A stretch of 64,000 bases of DNA, taken from positions 295,252,000 through 295,315,999 of the forward strand of contig NC_052146.1 in assembly GCF_902713615.1 (NCBI RefSeq). Direction: 5' to 3'. The notes beneath the pieces are model-generated. The model had not been told where the DNA came from. It saw only the letters and a program-made list of their open reading frames with translations, and made no database searches. The DNA is from Scyliorhinus canicula (Eukaryota). Both the position numbers and the translations under genes were made by a program. This document shows positions 24,408-37,596 of this stretch, one piece after another; position 1 is the first letter of the stretch, and each line of letters opens with the position of its first letter.

Positions 24408-25370
24408 TTATTTCCTCTTTATTCCCTTATTTCCCTTTCCTTTTATTTTTGACGTTGCATTTTTGATCCATAGATGATTAATGGACCCACGTCTTTAATG
24501 CAAGCAGCCTGTATCTTTAATTCGAGCAGAAGAATCCAGAAGGCTGTGCTGGTTTAAACTGGAGTTGCAGACTGGTTGGGACCAGTGAGAGAGATGGGCT
24601 GGGACATTGTTTGATTGATTTGGCTGGTGGCCAATGAATTGGCCCAAAGGGCTGTGCTCTGCCCAGCAACAGGTGGTGATTGGATCATATCCCACTGAGA
24701 TAGTTTTCAGTGTCCCATGGTTTCAGTGTGACTCCTGGCAGCAGAAAGGCAAGAATCTCTATGTTTTTCTCCAGAAAGGCTGTGTTTTTGAATTGTCAGG
24801 GAGCCTGGATGAATCTATTTATATGAGAACCATTACAGGCTGTACAAGCAAAGTCCAGAACCTGCTATATCTCGCCAGAAGGCTTCTGAATACTACATTT
24901 CTAAATTACACAGAACTTGAATGAATGAATGAATCTACAGAGAAGACCATTCCCATATATAAACAAAGACTCTAATCTGCAAGTTTATTGTGAAGAAAGG
25001 TGTGCTAAAAACCATCATCTGCAACAAAGACTCTTTCTTCCTTTCACTTGTGATTTTTACCCCTTCCCACCCCTCTGTGTTTGTCTGTCTTGTGTGAGCA
25101 TGTGTAGACGGTGGGGGCAGGTTAAAGTGGGGATTAAGAATTAGCTTACAGTTAACCAGTTGTATTTGCTGCATGTTACATTGTAGTTCTTGTTATACAT
25201 AAACAGTGATTGTGTTGACGTTTACAAACTTGGAGACTGTGATCATTGGACAGCCAAGGGTCAAAGACTTTGGGTATTTTTATAAGAAGTATTGGTTAAT
25301 TCACTTGTGTTGTGACCCCAGGGCATGTGGGGCTGGAATTGACCGTGCGCTAGCCCAGGGTGTGATAACA
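24408..25370 (+). mobile_element. Probable solo LTR (Gypsy-type)
   Basis: Ends GGGTGTGATAACA, like the ...CATAACA/GTAACA ends of the LTRs at 29387 and 37596. The 5' boundary is uncertain. Confidence 0.4.
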
Positions 25371-28300
25371 ACATTGCAAACAGCGATATTTGTGGGCAGC
25401 TGGACTGGATACTATATCTTTGGTCAGCTGCAGAACATTTCACTCATCTCTGTACTTCAGTTTTAAACACTACTTACCGTGATTTGAAGTGCTGCTTTTC
25501 TGTTCCTCTTCCCCCATTTAACACTGAAGGAAGTTTCCAGCTGGATATTTTACTCAGAACACAGGCACTCAGTTCACTAATGCTGTATCGAATTTGTCCA
25601 GATTAAAATGCTGGCTACCATTCAACAACTAATTCACAATTACATACGTCATCATGCATGCATTTTGTCTTATGTTGTCATGCATCTTCTGTTCTATTAT
25701 TAGAAAAAAGAGTGCATTTATTTAGAATCCCTACAGTATAGAAAGAGGTCATTTGGCCCATCGATTCTGCACCAACCCTTTGAAAGAGCAATGTACATCT
25801 AAGTCCACTCCCCCACCCAATCACCGTAACCCCATCTAACCTGCACATCTTTGGGACACTAAGGGGAAATTTATCATGGCCAAACCACCTAACCTTTACA
25901 TCTTTGGACTGTGGGAGGAAACTGGAGCACCCGGAGGAAACCCACGCTGACGCGGGCAGCACGTGAAAACTCAGCACAGACAGTCACCCGATGTCGGAAT
26001 CTAACCTGGGTCCCTGGCGCTGTAAGGTAGCAGTGCTAACTACTATCGCCCTTTTAGCACCTTACCGCTACCTCAAGATGTTTCCAAGTGTCTCGCAACA
26101 AATGAATTACTTTAAAAGTGTGCCACTGCTACATTCAAACCCAGAAGGTCATGATTTAAAATTCCACATGTCAGACTTAATTCAATAAAACTGCGCCAGA
26201 ATTCTCTGGTTGTTCGCTAGCAGTGGGATTCTCTGGTCCAACCGGCAGCCCAGCCTGCGGGTTTCCCGGCGGCGTGGGGTGGAAATCCCATTGGCAGCGG
26301 CGGGAGCCGAGAATCCCGCTGCCATCGAACGCCGCGCCACATCCCGCTGCCAGGAAATAAGCAGCTGGGATGCAGGAGAAGGGTTATTTGTGGTCTCACA
26401 CCAAAAATAACCTCGAAAAGAGAGGAAAGAGAGTACTAAGGGAAATGGTAATCAAAGAGTGGCAGGAAGAGGAAGTGCATACAAACATCAGAGTGCGGCA
26501 GCAGATAAGGCTAGAGGTTGCGAAAATAATGAAAAGAGAAGTGAAGGTATTGTAAACGAATGCACACAACATTCGCAGTAAGGAAGACTAATTGATGACA
26601 GAAGTAGAAGCAAACAAATTGATTAAATTCCGAGTAGAGTCAGAAAGAGATGCCTCCCCCCACCCCCCCCCCCCCCACCCCTTGGGTGGCACGGTGGTTA
26701 GCACTGCTGCCTCACGGTGCCAAGGTCCCAGTTTCGATCCCGGCCTTGGGTCACTGTCCATGTGGAGTTTGCACATTCTCCCCGTGTCTGCGTGGGTTTC
26801 ACCCCCACAACCCAAAGATGTGCAGGCTAGGTGGAATGGCCACGCTAAATTGCCCCTTAATTGGAAAAGAAAATTAAAAAGAGATGGCCCGCAGGAATTG
26901 AAATAAATAAATACATACTTAACCTGCTCATGACAATTATACTGACACTTCGGATCACCGGTGCTGCTTGGGTCCTGCATCAAAAGACTCCTCACAAGCC
27001 CCGGTACAGTCCAGCCCTGGTGGATTAAGGAAGCCCATGCCCCCTTTCCCTCCTGCACTAGCTGCTGTACAGCAGGTTAGTTGAAAGGGCCCAGTGAAAT
27101 GGATACACCAGGAAGAAGGTGTGGTCTAGGTTGTGGATAGGGTTTGTTTGGGGGAGGTCAGGGTGATTGGGGGAGTAGGGGTTTGGACTTCAGCGGGGTC
27201 AGGTTGTGTTCGCGGGGTCGATTGGAGGTTGTGGGAGGGGGGGGTGGGGGCCTGCAGAGGAGGGAATCCTTGGTGGGGGTGAATACCATCAGGTAGTCGG
27301 GACATGGGGGTGGGGGGGGAACCATTGGTGTCGGTCTGGATGTTTACAATAGTTACCCAGAAGTTAGCACTGTAAAAAAATTATACAATTAATTCTTCTA
27401 ACATTTTCTGGGTAATTATTGGTGAAACTCTGGTGGAACGATCCGGAATTTGCGATCCAAATCACATTTCTGGATGGTTCCCAGGGGCAGGGCAAATGTC
27501 CAGAGGAAGTTAGCATTTCTGGGCAATTCCTGTGAAAATACTGACCTGGCAACTTCCAGGAGGGATTTCCTGGCGCATCGATTGGTTAACCCCCAAATCC
27601 AACGAGAGGGTTCGGATGTTTGACCCGTGAAACAGCAGTTGAAACTGGATCAGTTGTTAATTTTACATCTGAGATAGATTATTTTGGTAAGTAAAGATAT
27701 TGAGGGATATGGGCCAAAGGCAGATAGATGGAGTAGGTCATAGATCAGCCATGATCTCATTGAGTGGTGGGACAGGCTCGAGGGGTTGAACGGCTTACCC
27801 CTGTTCCTATGTTCCTAATTGGAAATTAGGTTCCTAATCTAAATAAAGGAAGCTATGAAGGACGAGTTGGATGTAATAGATCAGGAAACTACATTAGAAG
27901 GTCTGAGTAGACAGGCATTGGCGAGCATTTAAAGATTAAAAATTTTTTAAAACAAAGTTACATTCCTTTAAAGTGCAAAAACTCCTCAGGAAAAGTAATC
28001 GAACCATGGCTATCATGAAAAGTTAAGGATTATCTTAGATCAAAGGAAGGGGTTTATAAGGTTGCCAAAATAGCAATTAGGCTGAGAATTTGGAGAATTC
28101 TAGAATTCAGCAAAGGAGAACCAAGAAATGACAAAGAAAAAGAAGTGAGAAACATAAAAGCTTTAAGACGTATGTAAAAAGGAACCTAAGATTGGAAAGA
28201 CAAATGTGGGCCCATTAGAGAGATAGGAGAATTTTATTTTTTTAGAAATTTGAGCACCCAATTCATTTTTCCAATTAAGGTGCAGTTTAGCGTGGCCAAT

Positions 28301-28500
28301 CCACCTAACCTGCACATCTTTGGGTTGTGGGGGCAAAACCCATGCAAACACAGGGAGAATGTGCAAACTCCACACGGACAGTGACCCAGGGCTGGGATCG
28401 AACCTGGGACTTCGGCGCCATGAGGCAGCAATGCTAACCACTGCACCACCGTGCTGCCCTAGACAGGAGAATTTATAATGAGGAATAAGAAATGGTAGAG

Positions 28501-31500
28501 TGTGGCACCTGGGAGATATTAGGAAATTGGATTAAAGATGTAGTGGGCAATTAGGGGTTAACAGCCTGAGGCTCAAACTGCTAGCACTGAATTAGGGGTA
28601 TACACTCACACCTGGCCTGAGATACATTGTCCTATTTAGACGTAAACTCGCTAATGTGAATAAACAGGACACCCCTGTTCAGCTGGGGTGATTCACTCAA
28701 TATCCATTGTCCTTCGGGACACTCTTGCCTGACCAACCATTAGCCCATTACAGTGTCTGATGGCCTCTTTTGTCCATAAATTGGAGGTTAGTTGCATTTC
28801 ATAGTTTGACCCTGGTTCTTTTGTATAAAAGGGCAATGGATAATCAAAGGCCCAGATAGCAATGATGAGTTCAAGTCTTGACATGCCTGGACAGAACCAT
28901 CTTTGAGGGACTTGGTGGAGCTTAGAGAGATAAAAGAATCCTGTTTGGAAAGGCGGGGGTAGAAGGATTTGGACGGTGATCGAGGGAGGCCCTGAAGAAA
29001 CTGCCACAGAGACAGACTTTCGGAAAGAGTCTGAAACTAAAAGCAGGAATGTGTTCTGTAAATGCACGTATCATGTTGTGCCTCTCATGTGTAAGTGGAG
29101 TTGAGAGCTGTATATTCATTTTACATGCTGTTTAATGGGAAATTGTGTGTTAGGGTTAAGAGATACATGTAAGCTGTTCTTTTTAGGTTTGAAGTTTACA
29201 GGTTTAAATATTGTTTTTCTTTTGTTATAATAAAGTTTTGTTTGTAAAAATAACCAAACTTCCTTCCTCATGCAGTCAATCCCAGAGCGAATTAATCTTT
29301 CCACAAAATCTTAAAAATAAAAAAATACGTTGCGGTTCTGGTCTCGTGTCTGAGCCACTGTTGGGATCTAGTCTGGCGCCCATAACAAAATTGTGGATTC
29401 ATTGCTGGGATTCTTATTTACAATTCCTTGTTTGGCTTGGGGTCATCAAACCTAAAGACAGTGAGTGTGTGTGTAAGGATTGTATTCTCCCAGGTTTGGT
29501 ATTTGAATAGGGAGTGCCTGGAGATGGCTCTTTCAGTTGCAAAAGATTTTCTGGGTGTGGAAGAAATTACTCGGGATGATTTACAAGGGAGGTCTAAAAC
29601 AAAGCTTTCGAATTTGGCGGAGAAACTGCAGTTAGCCCTGCCTAAAGGGACAAAGAAGGCAGAGATAATACAAGCCATAGCTCGAGAAGAGAGGGCCTTT
29701 CAAAGGGAAATGTAAGGAGAAATATTAGCAAAGGATGAGAGATTGGCAATTGCAGAAGCAAAGGAAAAAGAAAGAGAATTTGAACTTTAGAAATGGGCAT
29801 TGTAAGGAGAACACCGACTAATAGTGTTGGAGATAAAGGCAGGAGTTGAGGAAGGTCTAGAGGAAGAAGAAATACTCCCTCAAAAAGTCAAAAGTTTTGT
29901 CGTGGTATATTTAAGCATGCAAACCTTGCCAAGATTCGATGAGCAGGACGTGGAAGCGTATTTCATTTCATTTGAGATATTAGCTAAACAATTGAATTGG
30001 CCAAAGACCATGTGAGTGGTGTTGGTTCAAACAAAGTTGGTAGGTAGAGCCAGTGATGTGTTTGCCTCACTATCAGAGGAGGTATCTGGGGAATATGATG
30101 TGGTGAAGAAAGCCATATTAGTGTCATAGAATTTACAGTGCAGAAGGAGGCCATTTGGCCCATCGAGTCTGCACCGGCTCTTGGAAAAAGCACCCTACCC
30201 AAGGTCAACACCTCCACCCTATCCCCATAACCCAGTAACCTCACCCAACACTAAGGGCAATTTTGGACACTAAGGGCAATTTGTCATGGCCAATCCACCT
30301 AACCTGCACATCTTTGGACTGTGGGAGGAAACCGGAGGAAATCCACGCACACACGGGGAGGATGTGCAGACTCCGCACAGACAGTGACCCAAGCTGGAAT
30401 CGAACCTGGGACCCTGGAGCTGTGAAGCAATTGTGCTAACCACCATGCTACCGTGCTGTCCAACCCTCAAGCAAGTCAAAGAACTAGAGCCAGAAGCCTT
30501 CAGACAGTAGTTTAGAAATCTAAGAAAAGCACCTGGTCAGACCTATATAGAATTCGCAAGAATTAAACAAACTAATTTTGATAGCTGGATAGACCACTAA
30601 AAATAAACCAAACGCATGAGGCTCTTTAGGAGATAATTATTTTGGAGGAATTTAAAGATTCACTTCCCGCAGTAGTGAGAAGAGCAAAGAGTTAAAACGG
30701 TTAGAGAGGCAGAAATGGCAAACAATTTTGAATTGGTTCATAAAGCAACGTATGGTAATCAACATCAATTTCAATCTGTGAAGGATAGTAACTGGGGAAC
30801 TGAGAAGTTCACAGGTGGTCAATGCAAAGGAGGTGCAGTTGGTGACATGAAGGAGCGAGTGCCTCAGTATAAATAGGAAACCAATGATAGTGGTAGAGAG
30901 ATAAGAAAATGCAAGTGTACTAAAGCTGGACATGTGAAGTCACAGTGTTGGTGGCTAAAGAATGGTCCTGGGAAGACAGATTGGGTAAAACAGAATAAAA
31001 CAGTGGGCTTTATTAAAGTGGCGGAAAAACCATTGTCCCAGTGGAAGAGGTGCAACAGAGTGTAAAGCCTGGTCAGAGGTTGGTGGATAAGCAGGTACCA
31101 GGGCTTTTTAAGGATTTTATTTGTGAGGATAAAGTTGTGCAAACGGTGGAGTAAGTAAGGAGATTAAGATCTTACGGGATAAAGGAGCAGTCAATATTTA
31201 ACGGTGAGAGATAAGGAGTATGTGGTTTGGAGGGAACATTGTCGGAAAGGTGGTAATATGTGGGATTAGTGGTGAGAGTAGCAGTGTGCCATGATGTAAG
31301 GTAAGTTTAGAGAGTTTGGTGAGAAATGGTGAACAAGTAATCGGTACAATTTATCCTGGGTAATGATACGGTTGGGTCACAGGTGGGAGTGCCACCCACT
31401 GTGGTTCAAAAACATGTGGAAAGTCAAACAACTGAGATGTTGTAAGAAGTATATCCGGGTGTGCTTCCTGATTGTGTGGTAATTCGATCACAAAGCCACA

Positions 31501-34500
31501 GGTTGAGAAAGGAGGAAGAGAACTTGAGGAATGCCCATAGGCTGGCTGAGGTTCAATGGTCAGAAAACATGTTTGATCAGATGGGTAGTCAAGAGCTAGA
31601 GCAGGTAGTGGATGAAGCAGATATCTTTAGTTGAAGCAAGTTGGCTGAATTACAACAGAAAGATTCAGAGATAAAACAGTGCACTGCCAAAATTCCACCA
31701 ACACATCTCCTGTCCGACCGGGGATGCCAACATCCTTAACCACTGCGACACAACCATCAAGGGCACCTACCGATCCATCCGACCGCACTTCGGAAAATTG
31801 GACCATAAGACGGTGCTCCTTCTCCCGGCATACAAGCAGAAACTTAAGTGGGAGAATCTGGTTAAGAAGGTCGTGCAATGCTGGTCTGAGGCATCAGAAG
31901 AGCTCCTACATGACTGCTTGGAGTCAGTGGACTGGTCCATATTCAAGAACTTAGCGGCCAACCTCCACAGGTATGCCACCACGTCACAGACTTCACCAGT
32001 AGTGTATAGAAGATTGCGTGCCAAAGAAGATAGTAGGTACGTTCCCCAACCGGAAACCATGGTTTAACTGGGAGATTCACTCCCTACTGAAGGCCAGGTC
32101 TGAGGTGTTCAAGACAGGTGACCCTGACCTACACAAGAAATCCAGGTACGTCCTCTGCGAAGCCATCAGGGCTGCCAAGAGACAATACCAAACTAATCTA
32201 GAGTCACAAACTAATGACACAGACTCCCGCCGGTTGTGGCAAGGCTTAATCAACATAATGGGCTACAAAGCAAAGCCGAGTAGAATCTGCAGCAGCAGCG
32301 CACCCCTCCCCAATGAACTCTATGCTTGTTTCGAGCATCAAACTGCTGTCAACTGCCCAGCAGCCTCGGCCACACCCATACATACCATCACAGCTTCCAA
32401 AGTCAGATAATAATAATAACCTTTATTAGTGTCACAAGTAGGCTTACATTAACCCTGCAATGAGGTTACAATAAAAAGCTGCTGGTTGCCACACTCCTTC
32501 GCCTGTTCGGGTACACTGAGGGATAATTCAAAATGTCCAATTCACCCTTCTTGAGTGAATCCTCGGAAAGCAACGGGTCCTGACAGAGTCTCTGTTGTGC
32601 ATTCATACCCTGCATGGACCAACGGGCGGGTGTGTTCGTGGACATCTTCAACCTCTCCCTACTCCGGTCCAAGATTCCCACCTGCATCAAGAAGACCATC
32701 ATCATACCAGTGCCAAAGAATAACCAGGCAATGTGCCTCAATGACAACTGTCCTTTACATCTATCATTATGTATGGCAGCACGGTAGCACAGTGGTTGGC
32801 ACTGCTGCTTCAGAACGCCAGGGACCAGGGTTTGATTCCCGGCTTACGTCACTGTCTATGTGGAGTCTGCACGTTCTCCCCGTGTCTGCGGGGGTTTCCT
32901 CCGGGTGCTCCGGTTTCCTTCCACAGTCCAAAGACGTGCAGGTTAGGTGAATTGGACATTCTGATTTCTCCCTCGGTGTACCCGAACTGGCGCTGGAGTG
33001 TGGTGACTAGGGGATTTTCACAGTAACTTCATTGCAGTGTTAATGTAAGCCTACCTGTGACAATAATAAAGATTATTATTATTGAAGTGCTTCGAGAGGT
33101 TGGTCATGAGACATATCAACTTCATTCTCCCAGAATGCTTTGTTCCACTGCAATTCGCGTACCGCCACAACCTTTCCACAGTAGATGCCATCTCCCTGGC
33201 CCTACACTCAATCCTGGAGCATCGCGACAACAAGGACTCCGACATCAGACTCCTAATCATTGACTACAGCGTCGCCTTCAACACCATAATCCCAGCCAAG
33301 CTCATATCAAAACTTCAAAACTAAGGACTTGGCTCCTCCCTTTGCAACTGAATCCTCGACTTCCTGACCCATAGACCACAATCAGTAAGGATAAACAACA
33401 ACGCATCCTCCACGATAGTCCTCAATTGCTGGGCTCTACAAGGCTGCGTACTTAGCTCCCTACTCTACTCCCTATGCACACAAGACTGAGTGGGAAAATT
33501 TAGCTCCAACTCCATCTACAAGTTTGCTGATGATACGACCGTAGTGGGTTGGATCTCGAATAACATTGAGTCAGAGTACAGGAGGGAGATAGATAACCCA
33601 GTAGCGTAGTGTAATGACAACAATCGCTCTCCCAACGTCTGCAAAACTAAGGAGATGGTCACTGACTTCAGGAAGGGAAGTATCATACACACCCCTGCTG
33701 GAGATGGTCAAGGTGGAGATGGTTGACAGCTTCATATTCCTCGGTGTGCACATCACCAACAATCTGTCCTCGTCCACCCACGTCGACGCTATGACCAAGA
33801 AAGCACAAGTGTGCCTATACTTCCTCAGGAAACTAAGGAAATTTGGCATGTCCACATTGACTCTTACCAATTTTTACAGATGCACCATAGAAAGCATCCT
33901 ATCTGGCTGCATCACAGCCTGGTATGGCAACTGCTCAGCCCAAGACCGTAAGAAACTACAGAGAGTCGTGAACATAGCCCAGTCCATCACGTGAAACCAC
34001 CTCCCATCTATTGACTCAGTCTACAGCTCCCGCTGTCTTGGGAAAGCGAACAGCATAATCAAAGACCCCTCCCACCTGGGCTATTCTCTCTTCCAACCTC
34101 TTTCATTGGGCAGTAGATGCAAAAGTCTGAGAATATGCACTGACAGGTTTAAAAACAGCTTCTTCCCCGCTGTTACCAGACTCCTGAATGACCCTCTTAT
34201 GGATTGAACTGATCTCTTCAAACATCTTCTCTAATAAGTAGTATTACACTGTGTATGTTTCACCTGATACCTGTGTGTATGTACTTACGTTGTGTATTTA
34301 TCGTCATCCTATGTTTTTTCATGTGTGGAACGATCTGTCTGGATTGTACGCATAAACAATACTTTTTACTGTACCTCGGTAGACATGACAAATCAAATTC
34401 AATTCAGTTATATCAGAAAGCATGTATGGAAACAGAATCTGAGTGTATATCAGAATGTTGTTACATTAGGAATAATGTGTTCATGAGAAAATGGAGACCA

Positions 34501-37500
34501 TCACATATTCAAGCAGATGAGAAATGGACCGAAGATAATCAAGTGGTATTACCGGTGGGTTTCAGAAAGGCAGTTTGGCAGGTAGCGCATGATGTTCCAG
34601 TAGGGGATCATTTAGGCGTGAGAAAAACTCAAGCAAAAATACAAAGACATTTTTATTGGCCTGGACTGCATAAGAATGTAGTTGAATTTTGCCGTACTCG
34701 TCACACAAGTCAGGTTGGAGGGAAACCTCAGGCGGTAATCAAACCAACACCTTTAATACCTTTTCCCGCATTCGAGGAACCATTTACGAGGGTCTTAATT
34801 GATTGCATGGGACCCCTGCCTAAAACCAAAAGTGAGAATCAGTATCTGGTAACCATAATGGATGTGTCAACTTGATATCCGGAGGCAACTCCACTGAGAA
34901 ACATGACATCTAAGAGAGTTGTAGAGGAGCTAACCAAATGTTTTACTAGGTAAGGACTACCATTCAATCAGATCAGGGATCCAATTTTTTGTTGAAACTA
35001 TTCAAGGAAGTTATGGATAGCTTAGGAGTAAAGCAATTTAACTCAATGGCGTGTCATCCGGAATCACAAGGGACATTAGGAAGATGGCATCAAACATTAA
35101 AGACCATGTTGGGGGCCTACCGCCAGGATTACCCAGAGGATTGGGATAAAGGAATATCATTTGTACTATTCGCAATTAAGGATGCACCAAATGAATCAAC
35201 TGAATCCTATCCATTTGAATTGATTTGTGGTCATGAGGTGAGAGGACCACTTAAATTGATCAACGAGAAGTTGGTGAATCAGCGGTCAGACTATGTGTAA
35301 AACTTTAGGGCGAGATTAATTAGGGCTGGTGAGTTGGCTAGAAAGACTTTAAAATTGTCACAACAAGTGATTAAGGAAGAGGCAGATAAGAAATCAAAAA
35401 TTTGTAAATTTGTTAGTGGGGAGAAAGTTAGGAGAACATATTAGTGATGTTACCAATGGTAGGGGAACCATTAAAAGCCAGATTTAGTGGGCATTATCAG
35501 ATAGAAAGGAAAGTGAGTGAAGTGAATTATTTGACAGAACGGGGACTCACAGAGTGTGTCCTGTAAATATATTCAAAAGGTATTTTACAGAGAAGGAAAG
35601 AAGGTGGAAGTGTTAGTTGTTATAACTCAGGAAGAGATAAATCGAGACACTTCTGAATGTGACATTCCCAATTGTCCATTAAATTGGACAATGAGGAAGC
35701 ATTCCAAAATTGGGATAAATTATTGAGTTACCTTCCAAAAAGAAAATGAAAATGATCTGAAAGAGTTATTACAGTCACATAGAGCTGTGTGTGGGATTAA
35801 CTTGGGACCTACAAAAGTAATTCTGCATGACATAGATATCATAAATGCTTTTCCCATTAAACAACCCATCGAGGCTCAATTCACTAAACTTAACACAGGT
35901 GGAAAAGGAGATTGACAACATGCTTAAAGATCATATAATTGATAGGGCAGCACAATGGCGCAGTGGTTAGCACTGCTGCCTCACGGCGACGAGGTTCCAG
36001 GTTCGATCCCGGCTCTGGGTCACTGTCCATGTGGAGTTTGAACTTTCTCCCCGTGTTTGCGTTGGTTTCGCCCCCACAACCCAAAGATGTGCAGGCTAGG
36101 TGGATTGGCCACGCTAAATTGCCCCTCAATTGGAAAAAAAAATTGGGTGGGTCCTCTATATAAAAAAAATTATATAATTGAAGTTAGTTGCAGCGATTGG
36201 AGTTCATCGATCGTCATGGTACCAAACCCAGATGGAACAGAACGATTGTGTGTGGACTACAGAACGATCAACGCAGATACAAAGTCAGATTTGTACCCTA
36301 TTCCCCGCTTGGAAGATGCATTGAAAAGGTGGGACAAACTTTTTATCCCCAAACTTGACTTACTAAAAGGATATTGGCACGTACCTTTATCAGATAGGGC
36401 AAAGGAGGTTTCAGCTTTTGTGAAGCCCAATGGTCTATATTCAAATTAAGGTCATACCATTTGGAACAAAGAATGCGCCAGCAGGGACAGCATGCTGGTG
36501 AGTGGTTAGCACTGCTGCATCACAGTGCTGAGGACCCGGATTCAATCCCCACCTCGGGCCACTGTCCCTGTGGAGTTTGCACATTCTCCTCGTGTCTGCG
36601 TGAGTCTCACCCCCACAACCCAAAGATGTGCAGAGTAGGCGGATTGGCCACGCTAAATTGCCCCTTAATTGGAAAAAAAAAGAATTGGATACTCTAAATT
36701 TAATTTTTAAAGTATTCAGAAAATTCATTTTTTCTTTAGGAGGGATGCCTGGGAGATGTTAGGAAATTGTATCGAAGATGTAGTGGGCAATTTAGGGGGT
36801 AACAGCCTGAGGTTAAAACTGATAGTACTGAGTGAGAGGTATACGCCCACACCTGGCCTGAGCTACATTGTCTCATTCGTTAATAGGAATAAACAGGACA
36901 CCCCTGTTCAGACAATCACTCAAGATCCATTGTCCTCTGGGACACTCTGATCTGATCAGCCATTAGCCAATTACAGAGTCTGAATGCCTTGTTTGTCTGT
37001 AAATTTGGAGGTTGGTTGCATATTCATACCATGGCTCTGTTCATTTGTGTAAAAGTGAGTGGATAATCATAAGTTGAGATAGCGATGATGAGTTCAAGTC
37101 CAGACACGTCATGACAAAACCATCTTTGCGCGCAGCTTAGAGAGATAAAATAATCCTGTTCGAACAGGTGGGGGCAGACGCATTTGGAGAGCGATCGAGA
37201 GAGACTATGACAAAACTGCCACAGAGACAGACTTTTAGAAAGGATCTGAAGGAGCTTCACTAACAGCAGGAGTATGTTCTGTAAATGCAAGTATAATTTT
37301 TGCCTGCCTTTGTAAGTGGAATTGAGAGGTGTATGTTCATTTTACCTGCTGTTTAATGGGGAATCGTGCGTAGGGGTAAGAGATACCTGTGCGCTGATCT
37401 TGTTAGGTTTGAAGTTTAAAGATTATTCTTTTGTTAAAATAAAGTTTTGTTTGTTAAAAAAAACAAGCCCTATTTCTCAAGTAATCACTCCCGGAGCGAA

Positions 37501-37596
37501 TCGATCTTTCCGCACTGTCTTAAAAATACAAAAATATTTTGCGGTTCTGGTCCAGTATCGTAGCCACTGTTGGGATCTGGTCTGGTGTCTGTAACA
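28501..37596 (+). mobile_element. Decayed Gmr1-type Gypsy LTR retrotransposon (gag-PR-IN-RT order)
   Basis: LTRs at 28501-29387 and about 36746-37596 (TG...ACA); TSD AGAG. Degenerate tRNA-Pro PBS after the 5' LTR. Gag LPRFDEQDVEAYFISFE...WP. Integrase zinc finger HDVPVGDHLG...FYWPGL and core HPESQG.L.RWHQTLKTML come before RT WSSSIVMVPNPDG..RLCVDYR...KLDLLKGYWHVPL. Confidence 0.88.
31678..34405 (+). mobile_element. Rex1/Babar-clade LINE nested in the Gypsy element, itself carrying SINE pieces
   Basis: NPRKATGPD, KCFERLV...LQFAYR...DAISLALH...DYSVAFNTIIP, KFADDTT, FYRCTIESILSGCITAWYG. Tail GACATGACAAAT(CAATT)n. Confidence 0.85.
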
